This document shows positions 38,539-46,268 of a stretch of DNA of 64,000 nt, in pieces. A model generated the notes under the pieces. That model was not told the origin of the DNA, did not search any database, and saw nothing but the letters and a program-made list of their open reading frames with translations. This DNA comes from Flavobacteriaceae bacterium (lineage in GTDB: Bacteria > Bacteroidota > Bacteroidia > Flavobacteriales > Flavobacteriaceae), in NCBI GenBank assembly GCA_035307105.1, contig DATGMW010000181.1, positions 3,706-67,705 of the forward strand. Direction: 5' to 3'. Positions within the stretch are counted from its first letter, which is position 1; each line of letters starts with the position of its first letter. Both the position numbers and the translations under genes were made by a program.

Positions 38539-39237
38539 ATGTTCCAATACTTTTTTCAAGATGGTGACTCTGGCGCACAAGAACTAGCTGAGGTAAGTGA
38601 AGAAAAAACCTTATCATTAATGGAATTATTATTCCAAGGGGGAATAGCAGGAAGCATCATCATTGCAGTCTTGCTCGTCCTATTATTTATCGCTATCTAT
38701 CTTTATTTTGAACGAAGCTTCGCCATTAAAGCAGCTTCCAAAGAAGATGCGAATTTCATGAATCAAATAAAGGAACATATAGCCAGTGGAAATCTAGTAG
38801 GCGCCACACAGCTTTGTACACACCGAGACACCCCTGTATCGCGCATCACGGCCAAAGGGATTTCTAGAATTGGCAGTCCCTTAGAGGATATAAATACAGC
38901 CATAGAAAACGCTGGAAAACTAGAAGTATATAAACTAGAGAAGAACGTAAGCATCCTAGCTACTATTGCAGGAGCGGGGCCCATGATTGGATTCTTGGGA
39001 ACGGTAATAGGAATGGTACTTGCATTCCACGAGCTATCTAGCAGTGGCGGACAAGCAGAAATGGGTGCGTTAGCAGAAGGAATATATACTGCAATGACGA
39101 CTACAGTAGTAGGATTGATAGTGGGTATTGTTGCTTATATAGGCTATAACCACTTAGTAGTAAAAACGGATAAGATAGTGTACCAAATGGAAATGAATGC
39201 GGTAGACTTCCTAGATCTATTAAACGAACCAGCATAA
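38539..39237 (+). CDS. exbB: MotA/TolQ/ExbB proton-channel family protein
   Basis: Three TM helices and the conserved C-terminal segment ALAEGIYTAMTTTVVGLIVGI. The ATG at 38539 is preferred over the TTG at 38503. Confidence 0.88.
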   Translation: MFQYFFQDGDSGAQELAEVSEEKTLSLMELLFQGGIAGSIIIAVLLVLLFIAIYLYFERSFAIKAASKEDANFMNQIKEHIASGNLVGATQLCTHRDTPVSRITAKGISRIGSPLEDINTAIENAGKLEVYKLEKNVSILATIAGAGPMIGFLGTVIGMVLAFHELSSSGGQAEMGALAEGIYTAMTTTVVGLIVGIVAYIGYNHLVVKTDKIVYQMEMNAVDFLDLLNEPA

Positions 39238-39629
39238 TGAATTTTAGAGGACGAAATAAAGTTAGTGCAGAGTTCAATATGAGCTCAATGACCGATGTTA
39301 TATTCTTATTGCTGATTTTCTTCTTACTAACATCCCCAGCTATTACACCCAATGCATTGGATTTAATCCTGCCAAAAGCTCAAGGAAAAACCACCAATGT
39401 ACAACAGGTGTCGATAAGCATAAGCAAGGATTTAGCTTTTTATATAGACGACCAGCAAATAGCAAAAAATCAGATTTCAGGAAGGTTGAATCAAGTCTTA
39501 AAAGACGCTAACGAACCTACTGTACTACTGCGTACTGCAGAAGGCGTTCCTATAGAAGAAGCTGTATTTGTAATGGATATCGCAAACAAAAACAATTATA
39601 AAATAGTGTTGGCCGTAAGACCAGAGTAA
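39237..39629 (+). CDS. exbD: ExbD/TolR biopolymer transport protein
   Basis: N-terminal MTDVIFLLLIFF TM helix; 130 aa. TAATG overlap with exbB. Confidence 0.88.
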   Translation: MNFRGRNKVSAEFNMSSMTDVIFLLLIFFLLTSPAITPNALDLILPKAQGKTTNVQQVSISISKDLAFYIDDQQIAKNQISGRLNQVLKDANEPTVLLRTAEGVPIEEAVFVMDIANKNNYKIVLAVRPE

Positions 39630-39635
39630 ACCAAG

Positions 39636-40466
39636 ATGAATTTACTAAATACCACACATAAAAGAAAAAGCATGACGCTAACAATAGTCATATTTATATT
39701 GTTGGCCTTGTGTCTTATTCTCTTTGGACTACGTTATATGGATCCTCCAGAGCGGAAAGGTATTGCGGTAAACTTTGGTGTAAGCGATGTAGGTTCTGGC
39801 ACAGTACAACCAGAAAAACCAATAGAAAGCGCACCCAATAAAACTACCACTGCAACCCCAGAATCAGAATCTTCAAAGATAGAAGAGGAAGTGGTTACAC
39901 AAGATATAATGGATGCACCAGTTATAGAAAACAAAAAGAAAGAAGAGCCTAAAACACAGTCTAAACCTGTAGAGAAAACGCCAGTTCCAGAGCCCGAGCC
40001 AGAACCGGAGCCGGAACCAGAACCAGATAAATCCACGAGCGACGCCATTTCTAATTTGCTAAACGCTCCAAAATCCGATGGCAGCGCCAAAGGAGGTGAA
40101 GGAGATGATAAGGCCGCTGGCGACAAAGGCGATCCTTCTGGCGACCCTAATGCAAGTAGTTATTACGGACAAGGCAAAGGCTTAGATGGTGATGAAAACT
40201 ACAACCTAGGAGGAAGAAGAGCTTTAAATAAACAGCGATTCAAACAAGAGTGTAACGAATCTGGACGGGTAGTTGTACGCATTGTAGTAAATAGAAATGG
40301 AGAAGTAGTAAGCGCAACTCCTGGATATAGAGGAACTACAAACAATGCCCCTTGTTTATTAGATCCAGCTCGAAGAGCAGCAATGGCTACACGCTTCAAT
40401 GCAGATGCTAATGCGCCAGCGCAACAGATAGGGACAATAATATATAACTTCTCCCTCTCGGAGTAA
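39636..40466 (+). CDS. tonB: TonB-like energy transducer
   Basis: N-terminal TM anchor, a Pro/Glu-rich spacer including (PE)6, and a C-terminal TonB-like domain (GRVVVRIVVNRNGEVV). Confidence 0.8.
   Translation: MNLLNTTHKRKSMTLTIVIFILLALCLILFGLRYMDPPERKGIAVNFGVSDVGSGTVQPEKPIESAPNKTTTATPESESSKIEEEVVTQDIMDAPVIENKKKEEPKTQSKPVEKTPVPEPEPEPEPEPEPDKSTSDAISNLLNAPKSDGSAKGGEGDDKAAGDKGDPSGDPNASSYYGQGKGLDGDENYNLGGRRALNKQRFKQECNESGRVVVRIVVNRNGEVVSATPGYRGTTNNAPCLLDPARRAAMATRFNADANAPAQQIGTIIYNFSLSE
39987..40028 (+). repeat. In-frame Pro-Glu dipeptide repeat, (PE)6-PD, inside tonB
   Basis: CCA GAG CCC GAG CCA GAA CCG GAG CCG GAA CCA GAA CCA GAT, read directly from the sequence. Confidence 0.9.
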
Positions 40467-40484
40467 GCAGAACAAAAAACTTAA

Positions 40485-41714
40485 ATGACACAAGAGTACA
40501 AGAACACCATTACATGGATGGTGGAACAACTACCCATGTATCAAAAACTTGGAAAAGTAGCCTTCAATGCTGGGCTAGATAATATTGAAAAGCTAGACAA
40601 GCACTTAAAACACCCACATAAGCAGTTTGACAGCATTCATATTGCTGGAACCAACGGTAAAGGCTCCACAAGCCATATGCTTGCATCCATCCTACAAGAA
40701 GCAGGCTACAAAGTAGGTCTTTACACATCGCCACATTTAAAAGACTATAGAGAAAGAATAAGAGTAAATGGCGAGCTCATAAGCGAAGAAGCAGTAGTAC
40801 AATTCATAGATACAAACCGAGGTTTTCTAAAACAAAACGCCTTCTCGTTTTTTGAAATGAGCGTAGGAATGGCATTCGATTATTTTGCAAAAAGTAAAGT
40901 GGATATCGCTATCATTGAAACTGGCCTAGGAGGAAGACTAGACAGTACCAATATCATTACCCCCCTACTATCCATAATTACCAATATTGGATTGGATCAC
41001 CTTGGTGTTTTAGGCAACTCTTTAGAAGCAATCGCGAAAGAGAAAGCTGGAATAATTAAAAGAAATACCCCAGTGGTAATCGGTGAATATACCGATGAAA
41101 CGAAACCAATTTTCCATGATATAGCCATGCGTAATGAAGCAAGCACTCATTATGTAAACCACGATCAAGCTTTGCTACACAAATTAGATTTAAAAGGCCT
41201 TTACCAAGAGTACAATGCACGAACCGTTATAAAAGCGATAGAGGTACTTAATAACTTAAATCTAAAGTATAGCATAGCAGAAAAGACAATATCCAATGGT
41301 TTAAAGCGGGTAGTCAAAAATACTGGACTTATGGGAAGGTGGCAAGTATTAAAAGAAACCCCACTTACTATTTGCGATACCGCACATAATGCACACGCCC
41401 TATTACGAGTGGCAGAACAAATCAAAAAGCAAAAGTACGAGCAATTACATATAGTAATAGGAATGGTTTCTGATAAAGAAGCGGATGGGATCTTAGCACT
41501 TTTACCTAAACAAGCGATCTATTATTTTTGTGCACCAGCCATAGACAGGGCATTGGACGTAAAAGAATTACAAACTATTGCGAGTAAATATGGGCTTAAA
41601 GGAATTACTTATCCGACTACTTCCAAAGCCTATCAAGCTGCGATAGAGAATAGTACAAAGAAGGATATGATTTTTATTGGAGGGAGTAATTTCATAGTTT
41701 CGGAGATTTTATAA
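40485..41714 (+). CDS. folC: Bifunctional folylpolyglutamate synthase / dihydrofolate synthase
   Basis: Mur-ligase-type P-loop HIAGTNGKGST; 409 aa. Confidence 0.92.
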   Translation: MTQEYKNTITWMVEQLPMYQKLGKVAFNAGLDNIEKLDKHLKHPHKQFDSIHIAGTNGKGSTSHMLASILQEAGYKVGLYTSPHLKDYRERIRVNGELISEEAVVQFIDTNRGFLKQNAFSFFEMSVGMAFDYFAKSKVDIAIIETGLGGRLDSTNIITPLLSIITNIGLDHLGVLGNSLEAIAKEKAGIIKRNTPVVIGEYTDETKPIFHDIAMRNEASTHYVNHDQALLHKLDLKGLYQEYNARTVIKAIEVLNNLNLKYSIAEKTISNGLKRVVKNTGLMGRWQVLKETPLTICDTAHNAHALLRVAEQIKKQKYEQLHIVIGMVSDKEADGILALLPKQAIYYFCAPAIDRALDVKELQTIASKYGLKGITYPTTSKAYQAAIENSTKKDMIFIGGSNFIVSEIL

Positions 41715-41755
41715 TTTTATTTTGCAAAAGCATTGTTTATTAAAAATAGTGAGCC

Positions 41756-41763
41756 TATATTTG
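41756..41763 (+). promoter_or_regulatory. Bacteroidota -7 promoter box (TATATTTG) for tRNA-Val copy 1
   Basis: Matches TAnnTTTG with 18 nt between the box and the tRNA 5' end. A TTG lies 20 nt upstream. The same upstream block TTGTTTATTAAAA is found before copy 2. Confidence 0.55.
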
Positions 41764-41781
41764 CCAAGTCTTAAAAAGAGA

Positions 41782-41856
41782 GGGCGCGTAGCTCAGTTGG
41801 TTCAGAGCACTTGGTTTACACCCAAGGGGTCAGGGGTTCGAATCCCTTCGCGCCCA
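41782..41856 (+). tRNA. tRNA-Val (anticodon TAC)
   Basis: Hand-folded cloverleaf: acceptor GGGCGCG/CGCGCCC, D arm GCTC/GAGC, anticodon arm CTTGG-TTTACAC-CCAAG, T arm AGGGG-TTCGAAT-CCCTT. 75 nt; CCA is not encoded. Confidence 0.93.
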
Positions 41857-41864
41857 CAAATAAT

Positions 41865-41898
41865 AAAAATCGTCTGGGTTAGTCTTTAGACGATTTTT
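41865..41898 (+). terminator. Intrinsic terminator-like hairpin after tRNA-Val copy 1
   Basis: Stem ATCGTCT / AGACGAT, extendable through flanking A/T runs, followed by TTTTT. Confidence 0.6.
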
Positions 41899-41906
41899 GC
41901 ATGTAG

Positions 41907-41981
41907 GGGTCATTAACTCAGTTGGTTTAGAGTGTTACCTCGACAAGGTAAAAGTCACTGGTTCGAATCCAGTATGACCCA
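41907..41981 (+). tRNA. tRNA-Val (anticodon GAC), atypical: C at position 33
   Basis: The cloverleaf folds: acceptor GGGTCAT/ATGACCC, D arm ACTC/GAGT with GG in the loop, T arm ACTGG-TTCGAAT-CCAGT. The anticodon loop reads TCGACAA, so C replaces the near-universal U33. Confidence 0.65.
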
Positions 41982-42026
41982 CAAAAAAATAAATTTACTT
42001 TTGCTTGTTTATTAAAATTAGCGTTG

Positions 42027-42034
42027 TATATTTG
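42027..42034 (+). promoter_or_regulatory. Bacteroidota -7 promoter box (TATATTTG) for tRNA-Val copy 2
   Basis: Matches TAnnTTTG with 17 nt between the box and the tRNA 5' end. A TTG lies 19 nt upstream. Confidence 0.55.
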
Positions 42035-42051
42035 CATCGCTTATAAAGCAA

Positions 42052-42126
42052 GGGCGCGTAGCTCAGTTGGTTCAGAGCACTTGGTTTACACCCAAGGGGT
42101 CAGGGGTTCGAATCCCTTCGCGCCCA
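42052..42126 (+). tRNA. tRNA-Val (anticodon TAC), identical second copy
   Basis: All 75 nt are identical to 41782..41856. Confidence 0.93.
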
Positions 42127-42130
42127 CAAC

Positions 42131-42171
42131 AATAAGGCTTATCAGTTTCCTGATAAGCCTTATTTTATTTT
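42131..42171 (+). terminator. Intrinsic terminator after the tRNA cluster
   Basis: Perfect 15-bp stem AATAAGGCTTATCAG / CTGATAAGCCTTATT with loop TTTC, followed by TTATTTT. Confidence 0.8.
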
Positions 42172-42382
42172 AAGCCCTTCCACCACTTCTACCATATCCA
42201 TATACCAGCCTACTTTTATATATGAAAAGGGAAAAAGCCAGCCAAATTCCATCCTGAAATTATAATAAGTGAAATAAAGTCATTAACTTTGAAGAACATT
42301 TCAAATTTATAATCTGTAAGATTTTTAAATTACCAAGACTAATTATGTGTAACTTAAAAAGCTACGCTAAAAATTATAGACT

Positions 42383-42754
42383 ATGACACAGTTTTTTAAT
42401 CATGAATCAGAGGGTGAAATAATCAATAAGAAAGATACATTCGAGCTAAAGAATTGGATCAACCATCTAGATTATATTACAAAAGAGCTCGAATACCTAG
42501 CTGCTTTAGTAAAAAAACATACCACCAATATAAAATTAGCGGAAGTTATAAAGCAACAACAAGAAGAGAATAAAGAGGAATTAAGCTCGTTTTACAACTA
42601 CGCCCCCTCTATATCGGACTCGCAAGAATGCGACGATGTAGATTGTGATATATTTTACCTTAACAAACACGAAGAGTTTAGAAATAGATACTTACAGTAC
42701 CTAGAGAAATACCGTGAACTAAAAGAAAAAACATTCAGAACCTTGTTAGAGTAA
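42383..42754 (+). CDS. Hypothetical protein (helical, acidic; no recognisable domain)
   Basis: Intact 123-aa ORF in an otherwise non-coding gap next to the tRNA cluster. No signal peptide or TM segment. Confidence 0.5.
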   Translation: MTQFFNHESEGEIINKKDTFELKNWINHLDYITKELEYLAALVKKHTTNIKLAEVIKQQQEENKEELSSFYNYAPSISDSQECDDVDCDIFYLNKHEEFRNRYLQYLEKYRELKEKTFRTLLE

Positions 42755-42781
42755 TCGATTGCAATTAGAGGGCGATCGATA

Positions 42782-44071
42782 CTATAAATACTCGATAAGC
42801 TTTTCCAATGCTATTCCCCGAGATCCTTTAAGTAATATATAATTTGCTTCTATAGCCTCTTCTTTTAACATAAGTTCCAACGCATTTCGGTTATTATAGA
42901 ACGAAATATGCGAAGACTTTGTTTGGGTTTTTTTAAAGTTTTCACCTACTAAATATACCTTAATAGAGGTATAAGCAGCCAGCATATCAACAATCGCTTG
43001 GTGCTCCTGATATGCAAAGTCCCCTAATTCTAGCATATCCCCAAGAATCATTGTTTTATTAACAGCATCCTCCTCAGCAACAAAACTATCTATAGCGGCA
43101 CGAATACTAGTAGGATTAGCATTGTAAGCATCTAACAACAAAGTGTTTTTATCCGTCTTGATAATCTGCGAGCGATTATTCTCAGGCGTATAGCAAGAAA
43201 CCGCCTGGATAAGTTTCTTTTCCGATACGCCAAAATAGGCTCCTATAGCCATTGCCGCAATGCAGTTCAAAAAGTTATAAGCACCAACTAGATTTGTGGT
43301 TACTTCGCTTTTCTTATATCGGAATCGTAGCCTAGGCTGGGCTGTTAGCAACTGAAAGTCGAACGCATCGGAATCCCCACTTTCAAATAAAATCCTATCT
43401 TGAGTTTTACTTAGCTCCATTTGCTTGTCATCATTCTTACAGACAAATACAGATCCTCCTTTGGACTCCAAATAACGATAAAGCTCCGTCTTAGCATTAA
43501 TCACCCCTTCCAAGCTCCCAAAGCCTTCTAAATGGGCTTTACCGAAGTTTGTAATATATCCGTAGTTTGGTTGCGCTATGCTACATAACAAATCGATTTC
43601 TCCAGGATGATTGGCGCCCATTTCCACCAAACCCAAATCATGCTCCTCTGTCATAGAAAGCAAGGTAAGCGGCACACCTATATGATTATTAAGATTCCCT
43701 TTGGTAGCTTGGATATTGAACTGTTGAGAAAGCACTTGACGGATAAGGTTCTTGGTGGTGGTTTTGCCATTACTACCTGTTAACGCAATGATAGGCAGTC
43801 CAAGATAACTCCTATGATAGCTTGCTAGGCCCTGTAAGGCTTTTAAGGCATCCTCCACTAGAAGCATCCGTTTATCTTCTTTATCATAAACCTGCGGATC
43901 ATCTATCACCACATAACTCGCGCCTTTATCTAGAGCCTGTTGCGCATATTGATTTCCATTGAAATTCTCGCCCGATAAGGCAAAGTACATGGCACCAGGA
44001 AGAATAGTACGCGTATCGGTGGATAAGCTTTCGGAATTTAAAAAGCCCTGATGAATCTGAGCAATAGTCAT
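42782..44071 (-). CDS. murF: UDP-N-acetylmuramoyl-tripeptide--D-alanyl-D-alanine ligase
   Basis: P-loop LTGSNGKTTTK and the Mur ligase middle and C-terminal domains. The ATG at 44071 is preferred over the TTG at 44077. Confidence 0.92.
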   Translation of the reverse strand: MTIAQIHQGFLNSESLSTDTRTILPGAMYFALSGENFNGNQYAQQALDKGASYVVIDDPQVYDKEDKRMLLVEDALKALQGLASYHRSYLGLPIIALTGSNGKTTTKNLIRQVLSQQFNIQATKGNLNNHIGVPLTLLSMTEEHDLGLVEMGANHPGEIDLLCSIAQPNYGYITNFGKAHLEGFGSLEGVINAKTELYRYLESKGGSVFVCKNDDKQMELSKTQDRILFESGDSDAFDFQLLTAQPRLRFRYKKSEVTTNLVGAYNFLNCIAAMAIGAYFGVSEKKLIQAVSCYTPENNRSQIIKTDKNTLLLDAYNANPTSIRAAIDSFVAEEDAVNKTMILGDMLELGDFAYQEHQAIVDMLAAYTSIKVYLVGENFKKTQTKSSHISFYNNRNALELMLKEEAIEANYILLKGSRGIALEKLIEYL

Positions 44072-44105
44072 ATACAATATAATTTATGGATGATTTTTCT
44101 ATAAG

Positions 44106-44136
44106 AAAAGCCTCCCTATTACAATAGAGAGGCTTT
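44106..44136 (-). terminator. Putative intrinsic terminator after gldJ
   Basis: Stem AAAGCCTC / GAGGCTTT plus 3 inner pairs. On the minus strand it is followed by TTTTCTTAT. Confidence 0.55.
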
Positions 44137-44157
44137 AAATTTAATCTAAAAAATGGA

Positions 44158-45822
44158 TTAATTACGTTTTCTTTTTTTGTCTTGTGATTTAGAACCTACA
44201 CGAGACATTGCGCATCGGAAACCAATAAAATCGGTTGCCATATCTTGCGGATAGTATCTACGCTGTGCAGGATCTAGCCAGTAGTTTCTATCTTTCCATG
44301 ATCCACCTTTGTATACACGCACCTCATCGTTGATCAGTGTTTTTCTAGAATTTGATTTATCATATTGCAATGCCAACCCGGTAGAATCTGCACTTACATT
44401 ATGCTGTGGTGAATCGTACATACGAGTTCCCTCATCTTCTCCTTCAAACCCAAAGCTTTGGTAGTTTCTTGTAGACATTTTATCTCCATCACGGAAATCA
44501 CGTTGATCGCTTTCCGAGAAGTTAGTACGCAAGTACATATCTGCATCTTCCAATGGTACCTGCTGTATTTCTCCTGGTAGGTTACGAGCTATTATCTTAC
44601 CGTTACTCAAGGTATCGTACACCATATCCTCACGAGTTACTATATGTACTTTTCCATCCTCACCAATTTTATTTTTAGTGTAAATATTTCCACGGAAATA
44701 GTTAAAGTCGCTATACTCATCATCAATCATCGGACGATACACATCGGCTACCCACTCTGCTACGTTACCTGCCATATCATACAGCCCGTAGTCGTTTGGC
44801 GGATACGACATTACTTCTGCCGTTATATCCGCACCAGTATCACTCCATCCTGGAATCCCACCATAATCTCCTTTTCCTTGTTTAAAGTTTGCAAGTTGTT
44901 GGCCAGCAATTTTTCTATTCCCTGAACGCGTATAACTACCATCCCAAGGATATTTTTTTCTACCACGGTACTGATTGTACTCACGCATATCGGACATTCC
45001 TAATGCAGCGAACTCCCACTCTACCTCGGTAGGTAGTCTATAGGACGGCAATATTACTCCGTCTTTCTTTTGTGCATATAAGTTCGTGCTATCTGTACTT
45101 TTCTTCGCTATTCTATCGGATTCTTTACCCCCTCTTGTTATGGAATCATTTCCTCCATACGCCTGAGTTGGTGCATTAAGATAGGTTTCGGTACTAAAGG
45201 TCTCCCCTGCTTTAGCTCTATGACGGGCTCCTTTTGCAGTATAGCCTTCTTGATCTAGCATCATTTCGTTAACTCGATCGGTACGCCACTTACTGTACTC
45301 CATAGCTTGAATCCAACTAACTCCAACTACTGGATATTGAGCATACGCAGGGTGACGTAAATAGTTTTCTGTCATCACATCATTATTACCCAAACGATTA
45401 CGCCACACCAAAGTGTCGGGTAACGCACCATTATAAATATTCTCGTAACCAGGCTCATCTGGCGGGAAGATACGCTTCATCCAATCTAAATACTCTAGGT
45501 ACATAAGGTTGGTTACCTCCGTCTCGTCCATATAAAAGGACTGCACGTGCTGTTGTGTTGGCGTATTATTCCAATCACCTAAAGGATCATCCTGTACTTT
45601 ACCCATGGTAAATGTACCTCCTTCAATAAAAACCAAACCAGGTCCAGTTGGTTGTTCTTTAAACTTAGGATCGAATTTAAATCCTCCATCTTTGGAGTTA
45701 AGATCCCATCCTGTACCTCTTGAAACCTTCGAGTAGTCCTTCGATTTATTACAACCTACAAATAGGCTTGTAACACAAAAGACAACGGCTAAACGTATAA
45801 AACTTCTAGACTTTAAGTTCAT
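44158..45822 (-). CDS. gldJ: Gliding motility lipoprotein GldJ (SUMF1/FGE-like fold)
   Basis: Lipoprotein signal (SLFVGC). Formylglycine-generating-enzyme-like domain motifs (GGTFTMG, YPVVGVSW, GNVAEWV, KGGSW). At 554 aa and adjacent to murF and porU-porV, it matches the arrangement in Flavobacterium johnsoniae. Confidence 0.88.
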   Translation of the reverse strand: MNLKSRSFIRLAVVFCVTSLFVGCNKSKDYSKVSRGTGWDLNSKDGGFKFDPKFKEQPTGPGLVFIEGGTFTMGKVQDDPLGDWNNTPTQQHVQSFYMDETEVTNLMYLEYLDWMKRIFPPDEPGYENIYNGALPDTLVWRNRLGNNDVMTENYLRHPAYAQYPVVGVSWIQAMEYSKWRTDRVNEMMLDQEGYTAKGARHRAKAGETFSTETYLNAPTQAYGGNDSITRGGKESDRIAKKSTDSTNLYAQKKDGVILPSYRLPTEVEWEFAALGMSDMREYNQYRGRKKYPWDGSYTRSGNRKIAGQQLANFKQGKGDYGGIPGWSDTGADITAEVMSYPPNDYGLYDMAGNVAEWVADVYRPMIDDEYSDFNYFRGNIYTKNKIGEDGKVHIVTREDMVYDTLSNGKIIARNLPGEIQQVPLEDADMYLRTNFSESDQRDFRDGDKMSTRNYQSFGFEGEDEGTRMYDSPQHNVSADSTGLALQYDKSNSRKTLINDEVRVYKGGSWKDRNYWLDPAQRRYYPQDMATDFIGFRCAMSRVGSKSQDKKRKRN

Positions 45823-46268
45823 AATTAATCTATATGAAAATGATATTAGAATTGCAATATAACAATTAACATTTAATTAGCAAGACTTATTTAAATATTT
45901 AAGAATTCAAACCCAATTACTTAATGCTTCTCATGCAAATATTAGCATTTAGTTTCGTACAACATCCTATTTCTGACGAAATTTAATCAGAAATTTTAAT
46001 TATACAACAACTCACTATTCTTGCCTCAATAGTACAACGCAACTTACAGACTTTTAGTATGCGACCTTATAATAACATAGCTTCCAATGGAAGAGAATTA
46101 TACTCCATAAACCACTATAATATCAATAGTCTTGGTGAATCTATATAAATTAAAACTTTCCGATTTTTGAAAGCTTCGGTAGATAAATGCGTTTATAATA
46201 GTAGCTTTATGTATTTTAGCATACTTATAGTTATCTTAAATACATATAATTAGTCGTTAATTACAAGA

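Noticed and set aside
39987-40028. Short tandem repeat (CCN-GAR)x6 that might suggest a repeat array.
   Set aside because: It is in frame inside tonB and encodes the Pro-Glu spacer typical of TonB proteins. It is recorded as a coding low-complexity repeat only.
41715-42382. Integrated mobile element or att site at the tRNA-Val genes.
   Set aside because: There is no integrase or excisionase nearby. The repeat is a complete tRNA plus its promoter rather than a 3'-tRNA fragment, which fits a local tandem duplication.
46059-46148. 29-codon ORF (MRPYNNIASNGRELYSINHYNINSLGESI) and other mini-ORFs in the gldJ-porU intergenic region.
   Set aside because: There is no promoter box, no hydrophobic or Cys pattern, and the composition is typical of random AT-rich sequence. 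It cannot be supported from sequence alone.
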